Of a stretch of 64,000 nucleotides of DNA, positions 31,096-38,579 are shown piece by piece. The notes beneath the pieces are model-generated. The model was not told the origin of the DNA. It searched no databases and saw only the letters and a list, made by a program, of their open reading frames with translations. The position numbers were made by a program, and so were the translations under genes. The first letter of the stretch is position 1. Each line of letters starts with the position of its first letter. The stretch is from positions 64,001-128,000 of the forward strand of contig CAWJKT010000008.1 in NCBI GenBank assembly GCA_963843375.1. The letters run 5' to 3'. This stretch comes from an uncultured Pseudomonadota bacterium. GTDB lineage: Bacteria; Oederibacteriota; Muellerivitia; Muellerivitales; Muellerivitaceae.

Positions 31096-32358
31096 ATGCT
31101 TGAAACCTATTACAAAGATAAAAGGACTTTAGCAAATTTCCGCCGGGGACCCTTGGGACCTCATTTTGATGGATTCGCGGATCACTTCACAAAGAAGGGA
31201 TATGCTCCAAGTTCGGTCCCAGCCATGCTCAAACGCTGTTACCACTTCAATGCTTTTCTAATGGATCAAGGAATTTCCGATGTTCGATCCATCAACAGGT
31301 CGTTGGCAGAACTATTTCTGGTTGTTTATTTACTGAGAATCAAAGGCGTCGGTGTTTACAAGAAAAAAGTCGAGACAACTACGAAATATTTTTTGAACCA
31401 TTTCTTTATCTACCTTATTGAAACAGGTGTACTTCATCCTGAAGTCTCCAAGCAAGTTGTCACACCGTATAGCCAACTTATGGAACCCTATTTGAAGTAC
31501 CTTCGTGAAGAACATCGAGTCACCGAAGCTTGGATTCAAAGAATCCGAAAAAGACTCGTGCCGTTTCTTGAAGGATTGGGGGATCAGGCCAGGCCTGAAG
31601 CGATAAAGTCTTTGCGAGCCGAGGATATTGAGAAATATATCAAGAAACTTACCGCTGATCGTCGGCGAGACTTACGGTGTTTTGTCGGTGTACTGCGTGG
31701 ATTTTTGAGATTTTGCGTCCGGCAAGGATACATGGTTATGGACTTATCCGGCATGGCCCCCTCCGTCCCCTCATACCGTTTATCCAGTCTTCCCAGAGGG
31801 ATGGATGATTCCATGCTCAAACGTGTCCTCCATTCGGTTCCTTTGGAAACTCCAAGCGGGTTGCGGGACTATGCCATCCTGTTGATCATGATGACCTATG
31901 GTATTCGTGGAAAACAGGCCGCTGAATTACTACTGGGGGATATTCATTGGGAGCGGTCTACCATCCGAATACGCGCCCTGAAAGGCGGCAAAGATGTAGA
32001 ACTTCCTCTTTTGGAGTCGGTGGGTGAAGCTATTTTAAGTTATCTACGCCACCGCCGAAAAAGTCCGCTTCGGGAAGTTTTTCTTTTGAATCGGGCTCCG
32101 TTCCGACCTCTTACATGGCGAACTGTTGAACACATGGTTCAAAGGTATCTGATCAAGGCCGGTGTCAAAATACCCAGAAGTGGTGCAAGCACTTTCCGCC
32201 ATTCCTGGGCCATTCGAGCGTTGGCCCATGGCAATTCGATGAAAGCCATCGCGGATGTGCTAGGCCACAGACGCCTGGATAACACCTTTATCTATGCCAA
32301 GGCCGATCTCAAAACCCTTCGACAGGTCGCTATGCCGTGGGTGGAGGTGGCCTCATGA
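31096..32358 (+). CDS. ritA: RIT tyrosine recombinase A
   Basis: RDYAIL, YGIRG, KGGK, TFRHS, VLGH, IYAK. Confidence 0.88.
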   Translation: MLETYYKDKRTLANFRRGPLGPHFDGFADHFTKKGYAPSSVPAMLKRCYHFNAFLMDQGISDVRSINRSLAELFLVVYLLRIKGVGVYKKKVETTTKYFLNHFFIYLIETGVLHPEVSKQVVTPYSQLMEPYLKYLREEHRVTEAWIQRIRKRLVPFLEGLGDQARPEAIKSLRAEDIEKYIKKLTADRRRDLRCFVGVLRGFLRFCVRQGYMVMDLSGMAPSVPSYRLSSLPRGMDDSMLKRVLHSVPLETPSGLRDYAILLIMMTYGIRGKQAAELLLGDIHWERSTIRIRALKGGKDVELPLLESVGEAILSYLRHRRKSPLREVFLLNRAPFRPLTWRTVEHMVQRYLIKAGVKIPRSGASTFRHSWAIRALAHGNSMKAIADVLGHRRLDNTFIYAKADLKTLRQVAMPWVEVAS

Positions 32359-33359
32359 CAACCCACCTTTTTCAAAGTCCAGTGGCCTCCAAAATGTATT
32401 CCTTTTTGGAAATACGCCGTGCTTTGGGACGCCAAGCGGACACGGACCAAAAAACACTTCGGTACATTGACCGTTTCCTGGCGAATGTCCTCCAACCAGG
32501 GCAACCCATCACGCGGGAGATCATCCATCAATGGCTAAAAACTATTGAGCCGTTGAGTGTGGTTACCCGAATTAACCGGATCAGCACCTTCCGAAAGTTC
32601 TGCCGTTATTTGAATCATTTTGATCAGCGGACACATTTGATTCCACGCGGTCTCACTCCTAAGCGGACCCGTCCGGTTCCTTACATCTTTACCGATGAAC
32701 AAATACGAGCCGTACTGGCTGCCGCCAAACGACTCCGCACAAGAAGTTCATTTCTTCCTTTCCTGATTTCGACCTTGATTGGCTTGCTTTACAGTACAGG
32801 GCTACGGATCAGTGAGGCGTTGAAATTGACTTTGGGGGATATTGATCTCAAGCGAAGGCTTCTTCTGATTCGTCAGACCAAGTTCCAGAAGTCTCGTTGG
32901 GTTCCCATATCCGTATCCACTGCCAAATCCTTGCGTGATTTTCTTGAGCGGCGGCGAAAAAGTGGATTCTCAACGGTTGAGACGGCACCGGTTTTCATCA
33001 ATCCTTACAAGAACGCAAATGGAAGACCATATAAGTACGATAGATTTTGTGGCGTTTTCCTAAAAATCCTTCGGGAAGAGAAGATTCGTGGGCCCAAGGG
33101 AGACCGGGGACCAAGGGTTCACCACCTACGACATAGTTTTGCCGTTCACCGATTGGCCAAGTGGTATCGGGAAGGGGCGGTTATTTCAACCAAGTTGCCA
33201 CTGCTTTCAACTTACTTGGGTCATTCCAGCCTTGTCGGCACGGAGGTTTACTTACAGGCCACCACCGACCTGTTGGAGGAAGCCAACAGGCGCTTCCACG
33301 ACAACTGCGCCTTTCCAAATTCACAGCAAAAGCCTAAAGGAGGCGTCCATGCCCAATAA
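32355..33359 (+). CDS. ritB: RIT tyrosine recombinase B
   Basis: TGLRISEAL, TKFQKSRWVP, HHLRHSFA, LSTYLGH. Confidence 0.88.
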   Translation: MTTHLFQSPVASKMYSFLEIRRALGRQADTDQKTLRYIDRFLANVLQPGQPITREIIHQWLKTIEPLSVVTRINRISTFRKFCRYLNHFDQRTHLIPRGLTPKRTRPVPYIFTDEQIRAVLAAAKRLRTRSSFLPFLISTLIGLLYSTGLRISEALKLTLGDIDLKRRLLLIRQTKFQKSRWVPISVSTAKSLRDFLERRRKSGFSTVETAPVFINPYKNANGRPYKYDRFCGVFLKILREEKIRGPKGDRGPRVHHLRHSFAVHRLAKWYREGAVISTKLPLLSTYLGHSSLVGTEVYLQATTDLLEEANRRFHDNCAFPNSQQKPKGGVHAQ

Positions 33360-34359
33360 CCTAGCTTCTCCAGTCCGAAACTTCTTTGAGCATTACCTGA
33401 CCGGCGAAAAAGGTTTGAGTTCTCATACGATCCTGGCTTACCGCGACACCTTGAAACTACTTCTGAGGTTTGCGGCGGATCACCATCGAAAGTCATGCGT
33501 GGATCTGACGGTGGAGGATATTTCCGCCGAAACTGTCCGGCTATTCTTGGTGCACCTGGAAAAAATAAGGGGTAATGGAGTCCGAACCCGCAATACCCGG
33601 CTAGCGGCCATCCATTCTTTTTTCCGCTACTTGGCTTATTGGGAACCCCGGTTTCTCGTAGCTTCCCAGGAGGTATTAGGGATTCCTTTCAAACGACACG
33701 CCAGTCCCGTGATGGGATATTTGAACCAGGAGGAGATGGTCCATTTATTTAGTCATATTGATACTGGAACATCTCAAGGCAAACGCGACGAAGCCGTTCT
33801 GCGGTTGATTTACAATACAGGTGCACGGGCCCAGGAACTGGTGAGTTTGGACGTAAACCATATACGATTCAGCCGTCCTTATTTGGTTCACATCCTTGGA
33901 AAAGGAAGAAAAGAGCGGACATGTCCTCTCTGGTCCGAAACTGTGGATTCACTAAAAAATCACCTGGAAGAGCGCCATGTAAAGACTTCAGACCGCGCTC
34001 CTCTTTTCGTGAATGCCAAGGGACAGAGGCTTTCCCGTTTCGGTTTACGGCACCTTATTACCCGGCGGGTTGCCATCGCGGCCAAGACCTCGCCAACCCT
34101 TCTCACTCGGAAGATTGGGCCTCATACCTTCCGACACACAACAGCCATGCATTTGCTTCAATCCGGTGTCGATCTCAACATGATTCGATCATGGCTTGGG
34201 CATTCATCGATTGAAACCACCCATGGTTACGTTGAACTCGATTTGGAGATGAAACAGAAGACGCTTCAGTCATGCAAGAATCTCCTCCCAAAAATGGAGA
34301 AGGGCGGCCCTTCATGGCAACAAGACCAGGGCATCCTGGACTGGTTGGCACGCCTCTAA
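33349..34359 (+). CDS. ritC: RIT tyrosine recombinase C
   Basis: TRNTRLAAIHSFF, TGARAQE, GKGRKER, HTFRHT, WLGH. Confidence 0.88.
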   Translation: MPNNLASPVRNFFEHYLTGEKGLSSHTILAYRDTLKLLLRFAADHHRKSCVDLTVEDISAETVRLFLVHLEKIRGNGVRTRNTRLAAIHSFFRYLAYWEPRFLVASQEVLGIPFKRHASPVMGYLNQEEMVHLFSHIDTGTSQGKRDEAVLRLIYNTGARAQELVSLDVNHIRFSRPYLVHILGKGRKERTCPLWSETVDSLKNHLEERHVKTSDRAPLFVNAKGQRLSRFGLRHLITRRVAIAAKTSPTLLTRKIGPHTFRHTTAMHLLQSGVDLNMIRSWLGHSSIETTHGYVELDLEMKQKTLQSCKNLLPKMEKGGPSWQQDQGILDWLARL

Positions 34360-34782
34360 TTATGTGAAGTGCGGGAGGGTCTTCACCACAGGATTTTCCC
34401 GCATTTTATCATTCCAATCCGATCAACTTCACATAACTAACCACTTCACATAACAAGATCACCCGAACGGTCTTTGTGAGGGAAGCTTGGCCCAGGGGGA
34501 AAGCCTAGAAAAAGGGATTCTGTACCATCCCTTTTTCGTTCCCCCCATAAACGGCACTTTAAATCCAAAATCCACGCTACCAGGAAGGACTAACCACCAA
34601 GTCTTAACCAGCTTTACCAACCACCTGCCTTACCGCCCATACCAACCCACCTACCACCATTACCCACTACCACCCCCAACATTCCAACCTACCACTCCTT
34701 GACTCCTGCTCCTGTTTTTCCTTGCTGTGTCTCTAATCAGTTCATCTCATCTACACCTCAAGTCAATTTCTCAGATTCATAA

Positions 34783-34879
34783 GGTTTTCCAATGAGGAGA
34801 GGGCGAACCCCCCTATCGTTTCTAGCATCCTCACTTGATGCGTAGATAGGGGGGTTCGCCATCGGATCATTGGAAAACC
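34783..34879. other. Long interrupted hairpin (~97 nt) in non-coding DNA
   Basis: 13-bp outer stem GGTTTTCCAATGA/TCATTGGAAAACC, 16-bp stem GGCGAACCCCCCTATC/GATAGGGGGGTTCGCC, inner GCATC/GATGC. Confidence 0.7.
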
Positions 34880-35163
34880 GACCCATTCAAAGGGAAATTT
34901 TCATTTTTGGAGTTCCATGGCGCGGAACTTTCATTTCCATGGGACATCGACTTTCTCCGCTTCCCTATTAGCTTTTAGGACTTCACGAGTGTTTCTGGTG
35001 CCTCAAATTCCCTTTAAATTCAATCGGACATTTCTCAAGACACCATGGCAAGGCCCCGGAAGTGGGCATTGGTCTTCAGGGGTATAGGGCAACTTTACAA
35101 GAAGGGAAAAAAGCGGTACCTTTTCCGGCTTTGCCAAAATAAGGGAAGTCGAGGTAAAGGAAG

Positions 35164-35402
35164 ATGAGCCGTTCCAGAAGGCATACCCCAAAACGTGGGA
35201 TCACAACCGCCAATTCCGAGAAGTGGGACAAGCGATTAGCCAACCGCACCCTTCGCCACCACAACAAGATCCTGGTCAATAAGGCGGGGGGGAAGACGCC
35301 CTTCCCCTCAAAATGAACCAGGTCATGACCACTTGGCACATGAGCAAGGACGGGAAGATCCATTTCGACCCGAGGAAAGAACCCAAAAACATGAGAAAGT
35401 AA
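35164..35402 (+). CDS. Small basic hypothetical protein (~79 aa) with frameshift in G7 run; missed by ORF track
   Basis: MSRSRRHTPKRGITTANSEKWDKRLANR...WHMSKDGKIHFDPRKEPKNMRK when G7 near 35286-35292 is read as G8. Confidence 0.55.
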
Positions 35403-35480
35403 CGTTTAGCGATGGGACAATGAATAAGCGACGGGGGACTTATTAACGCTTAAATTATTTAACAAAAAGAGAAAAGAGAA

Positions 35481-36701
35481 ATGATTACTCGTTACAAAAC
35501 CGCAATTATTGATTTATGCATTAAAATTCAAACTATCAATAACTCGCCCTGGAATTCCGGGAAACTTTGTTTTCTTGTCCAACAAACGATTTTAAAAAAA
35601 ATTGTTCATGTCGAGCTAAAGATTCAAAAACTAAAAAGCCGAATTAAAGAAGTAAATACACAGTTCAAAATCAATCGAGGAACTCCAAACGAAATAGAAA
35701 AAGCCTCAAAATTAAATATCGAATTAGAAAAATTAGATCGAAAGATCAAAGATTACAAACATTTGCTAATCGTATTTAGAAGTCTCGGCGATTCTCTGGC
35801 CTTTATTTACATAGATAAATACGACATAAAACAATTTATTTTCAAAGAAAGTGCAGGTTACATATCAGGGAAAGAGGGACTGAAGCTCGAATATGACATA
35901 TTAAAACTAGCCTTTAAAGCAGGCGGAATCGCGCTCCTAAACGATCTTACAAATTGTCTAAGGCATGGTGACATAACCCTAGTTCGGCCAGACTTACCAC
36001 CTGTAATCATCGAGGCTAAAACAGGCACAAGAGAATTTTCTAAAGGGGCAAAACAGATTGAAAAGACTAATAAGATTCTTGATTTTCTAAACAGCGGTGA
36101 AACGACCAGAGAAAATCATTTCGTGAGAAGAATGGAAATCAAAACCAAAGAAATAGATAACAGAGTTTTGCTAAACGCTTTAGTCCAAGAAGCTTTGACA
36201 ACAGGGGATGCATTTGCAACGGCTGAAGCCGGCTTGCATTATTATCTGGCGACAATCCCGAAAATCGAAAACGTCAAAAAAATTATGGCCAGTTTTAACA
36301 GCCAACCGATATCTGCTTTTTTGGATTCTAATCAAATGCCTTATATTGGCTATTACCCTTTATCGCTAATACTAAAAAATCCAAATGCATATTTTAGTTT
36401 TTGCCGAGAAGAACTACATATCGTGGTTTTCTTTGAGCCAGCAGTTATAAAACAAAAATTCGAATCTTTAGGATTTCGGATCGAATTTCATAACAGCGGA
36501 GATTACGAGTTCAGCTTGTTTGCGAAAGACGGAATGAATAAAGAATTTGGTCCATTAAATATCAGCAAATTCTTTTTCGGTCGAATGATTATTGAGTTCT
36601 TAAGTTTGGATTGGTTTTTGAACGAATTAGTTAACGTCTATCGCGGAACGCCTTTAGCGGATTGGCTAGCTCAAAAACCAGATCCCGGGCTCCAATCATA
36701 A
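35481..36701 (+). CDS. Hypothetical protein: N-terminal coiled coil + PD-(D/E)XK-like motif
   Basis: Heptad-rich residues ~35-100; GDITL...IIEAKTG; low GC. Confidence 0.6.
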   Translation: MITRYKTAIIDLCIKIQTINNSPWNSGKLCFLVQQTILKKIVHVELKIQKLKSRIKEVNTQFKINRGTPNEIEKASKLNIELEKLDRKIKDYKHLLIVFRSLGDSLAFIYIDKYDIKQFIFKESAGYISGKEGLKLEYDILKLAFKAGGIALLNDLTNCLRHGDITLVRPDLPPVIIEAKTGTREFSKGAKQIEKTNKILDFLNSGETTRENHFVRRMEIKTKEIDNRVLLNALVQEALTTGDAFATAEAGLHYYLATIPKIENVKKIMASFNSQPISAFLDSNQMPYIGYYPLSLILKNPNAYFSFCREELHIVVFFEPAVIKQKFESLGFRIEFHNSGDYEFSLFAKDGMNKEFGPLNISKFFFGRMIIEFLSLDWFLNELVNVYRGTPLADWLAQKPDPGLQS

Positions 36702-36711
36702 TCTGAAATAA

Positions 36712-37080
36712 TTACAAAAGGTTTTTGAAATCCTTTTTCAAGAACGGTGAGACTTTCCCGCCTTGTATTACCTTATCTAATAATGCATCCGACATATCGG
36801 CATCCGGTGTGGCGACGCGCATTGAAATGGCTACCTCGATTTTTTGGACATCTGAAAGGATTGCTTCGCGGTAATTAACTACGGATTCTTTCCTAATGTA
36901 GGGATGTTCGCGAGGTAGCAGAACACAAGATTGGTCCCTACCCTCTTCATTTTCCGTAATATTCACCAACAAAACCTTACCTTCCTCATCGGGCTCAGTT
37001 ATTACAAAATACAAATGAGGAGGATTTAGTGGTGAACCAGGATTTCTTAGTTGGACTGTACTTTTGATTTGGATTGGCAT
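36712..37080 (-). CDS. Putative toxin (PemK/MazF-like) of Panacea TA pair
   Basis: PHLYFVI...VLLVNIT...CVL...HPYIRKESVVNY; 11 bp after antitoxin. Confidence 0.55.
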   Translation of the reverse strand: MPIQIKSTVQLRNPGSPLNPPHLYFVITEPDEEGKVLLVNITENEEGRDQSCVLLPREHPYIRKESVVNYREAILSDVQKIEVAISMRVATPDADMSDALLDKVIQGGKVSPFLKKDFKNLL

Positions 37081-37091
37081 TCAAGAGGCAC

Positions 37092-37637
37092 TTACGAGCC
37101 AAAAACTGCATGGGCAAAGTGGAAATCAGAAATCTCTTGCTCGATCTTCTTTATCTCTTTCGGTTCTTTTCCAATAAAACTTAATAGTTTTTCATTGGCA
37201 ATTGGTAACGAAGAGCCGCTTGGGTCTTCCCATTCCTTTATGTGGGTATGGCAATAGTCGATCATTTCTCCAAAAGTATACTTTTTGAATTTTTTATCAA
37301 TTTCATTTAGAAGTTTCATTTCCGCTTCGGAGAGTTCACCATCACCCGGATCTTGAACAAGAACGGTATTAAATCCATCTTTCTTAATTGAGCAAAGCCA
37401 ATACTTGTTTTCAACCTTGCCTCTTATCCAATCATAAACTTCACTCAATACTGGCCCATTAACCATGGACACATAGCTTCCACCGGTGATAGGCCGGTTC
37501 CACTTCTTTAGAGCTTCCCTGTCGGCAAGATACATAAGCTTAATCATTTTTGTGTAATTGATATGCTTGCCGTTACTCTTGATAAAGTAGGCAGCCACTT
37601 GTGTTGCTTTTAATGGGTTTAAGTGAAAAATAATCAT
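37092..37637 (-). CDS. Panacea (DUF4065/SocA-like) antitoxin
   Basis: KMIKLMYLADR, PITG..Y, NGPV.SEVYD, YCH....EW. Confidence 0.85.
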   Translation of the reverse strand: MIIFHLNPLKATQVAAYFIKSNGKHINYTKMIKLMYLADREALKKWNRPITGGSYVSMVNGPVLSEVYDWIRGKVENKYWLCSIKKDGFNTVLVQDPGDGELSEAEMKLLNEIDKKFKKYTFGEMIDYCHTHIKEWEDPSGSSLPIANEKLLSFIGKEPKEIKKIEQEISDFHFAHAVFGS

Positions 37638-37737
37638 GAGTTACTCCTGAAACTTAGTATATATCTCTAACGACAGATACGGAAATTTTCAATAGCATGA
37701 CCGAATTAAGGTTATTTTTGCTAAGAAAACCAAATAG

Positions 37738-38035
37738 TGGTGGGGCATCCTGGATTCGAACCAGGGACCAAGGCATTCAGGTTTGTGCCGCTTACGCGAC
37801 TCCCCGGACTATCTCTTCACCCAAATATAAGGGTGTGGGACGCTTAAACGCGGTGATTAAGGGGCCTTAACCCCTCCGCTAGTCTCTGCACCTTCCCCCG
37901 GTGTACCGAAGGCTTGGCTCAGGATTGCCCGTCACCGGGTTTCCCTGAATTCATCCCATTTCATTCCCTGGCTTTCACCAGGGATGCACAGCTTCCGCTA
38001 TGAGTGCCCTGCTCTAACCGCTGAGCTAATGCCCC
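37738..38035 (-). tRNA. tRNA-Ile2(CAT) with group I intron; exon 1 38035-38000, exon 2 37777-37738
   Basis: Spliced 76-nt GGGGCATTAGCTCAGCGGTTAGAGCAGGGCACTCAT|AATGCCTTGGTCCCTGGTTCGAATCCAGGATGCCCCACCA folds as a cloverleaf; G1-C72 pair excludes fMet; resembles E. coli ileX; elongator Met not formally excluded. Confidence 0.9.
37778..37999 (-). ncRNA. Self-splicing group I intron, 222 nt, no ORF (IC3-like)
   Basis: P1 CAU|AGC-GGAA-GCU-GUG with U.G at splice site; P GAAUUCAGGGAA, Q AAUCCUGAGC, R GUGCAGAGACUA, S AAGAGAUAGUCC; P3 UGGGAU/GUCCCA; terminal G. Confidence 0.93.
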
Positions 38036-38051
38036 AATTTTTAAGAGTGCC

Positions 38052-38081
38052 ATTCTAAGACAGAATGACCCTTTCCAACAA
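38052..38081 (-). promoter_or_regulatory. Candidate sigma70 promoter for island tRNA
   Basis: TTGTTG-N18-TAGAAT ending 16 nt before the tRNA 5' end. Confidence 0.45.
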
Positions 38082-38265
38082 ACTATCAGCCAATGACATC
38101 CATAAGACATCGCCTTCTGAAAGTATTACCCCATAAAGATTTCTGGTGTCTTTCAGGGCAGCATTACTGCCATGGCTTTAAATTCAATCGCACTTTCGAG
38201 CCTTTTTAAACCATCAAGCACGGCACCACAACTGCCCTGCTTTAAGTGGAGTGCCCTGCTCTGCT

Positions 38266-38340
38266 TCGTGTCTTATTCGTGTCATTCGTAGTGCGCTTTT
38301 ACCGCCACTGACCGCCACTTACCATGCTTTACCATGCTTT
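38266..38340. repeat. Putative att arm: arm-type repeat plus four tandem 10-mers
   Basis: TCGTGTCTTATTCGTGTCATTC (38266-38287); ACCGCCACTG ACCGCCACTT ACCATGCTTT ACCATGCTTT (38301-38340). Confidence 0.65.
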
Positions 38341-38341
38341 C

Positions 38342-38391
38342 AAAAAAAGGCCCTTGCCCGTGACCTTCTTAAAAGCGTTACGGGCAAAGGC
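38342..38391 (-). terminator. Terminator-like hairpin inside island end, downstream of orphan tRNA 5' half
   Basis: Minus strand GCCTTTGCCCGT...ACGGGCAAGGGC followed by T7. Confidence 0.55.
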
Positions 38392-38460
38392 GTTTAAAAC
38401 GTGCTGGGGACAGTTAAATTTTTACTCACGGACTTCGGGACCCCGCCGAACCCTCCAAAA

Positions 38461-38500
38461 CATTATGAGTGCCCTGCTCTAACCGCTGAGCTAATGCCCC
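38461..38500 (-). pseudogene. 5' half of host tRNA-Ile2(CAT), intronless; island attachment junction
   Basis: GGGGCATTAGCTCAGCGGTTAGAGCAGGGCACTCATAATG then non-tRNA sequence; sits right after rpoD. Confidence 0.92.
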
Positions 38501-38520
38501 TCTTTACATAAACTAGGATT

Positions 38521-38551
38521 AAAAAAGAAGGGCGCGAACTTCGCGCCCTTC
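38521..38551 (-). terminator. rpoD terminator
   Basis: GAAGGGCGCGAA/TTCGCGCCCTTC stem with T6. Confidence 0.75.
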
Positions 38552-38579
38552 TCATAGTTTTACTATAGCAGAATACGGA

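Larger units (their letters stand above)
30938..34459 (+). mobile_element. RIT (recombinase-in-trio) element
   Basis: Three overlapping tyrosine recombinases between perfect 34-bp IRs at 30938-30971 and 34426-34459. Confidence 0.9.
20869..38470. mobile_element. Tyrosine-integrase genomic island inserted in the tRNA-Ile2 anticodon loop
   Basis: 10-bp direct repeat CATTATGAGT at 20869-20878 and 38461-38470; joining the flanks gives a perfect 76-nt tRNA; integrase at left end; shared arm-like repeats at both ends; AT-rich cargo. Confidence 0.9.

Noticed and set aside
20833..37777. Conventional island model: intron-tRNA is the host gene and 20833-20878 is the usual 3' duplication
   Set aside because: Disfavoured, not excluded. 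It does not explain the intronless 5' half at 38461-38500, the shared 10-bp core there, or the arm repeat at 38266 matching the integrase end.
37738..38035. Initiator tRNA-fMet assignment
   Set aside because: G1-C72 is paired and the three consecutive G-C pairs at the base of the anticodon stem are absent; sequence and post-rpoD location fit Ile2.
38036..38460. A second intron following the 5' tRNA half
   Set aside because: No P1 guide or P/Q/R/S motifs; it contains a terminator and att-like repeats instead.
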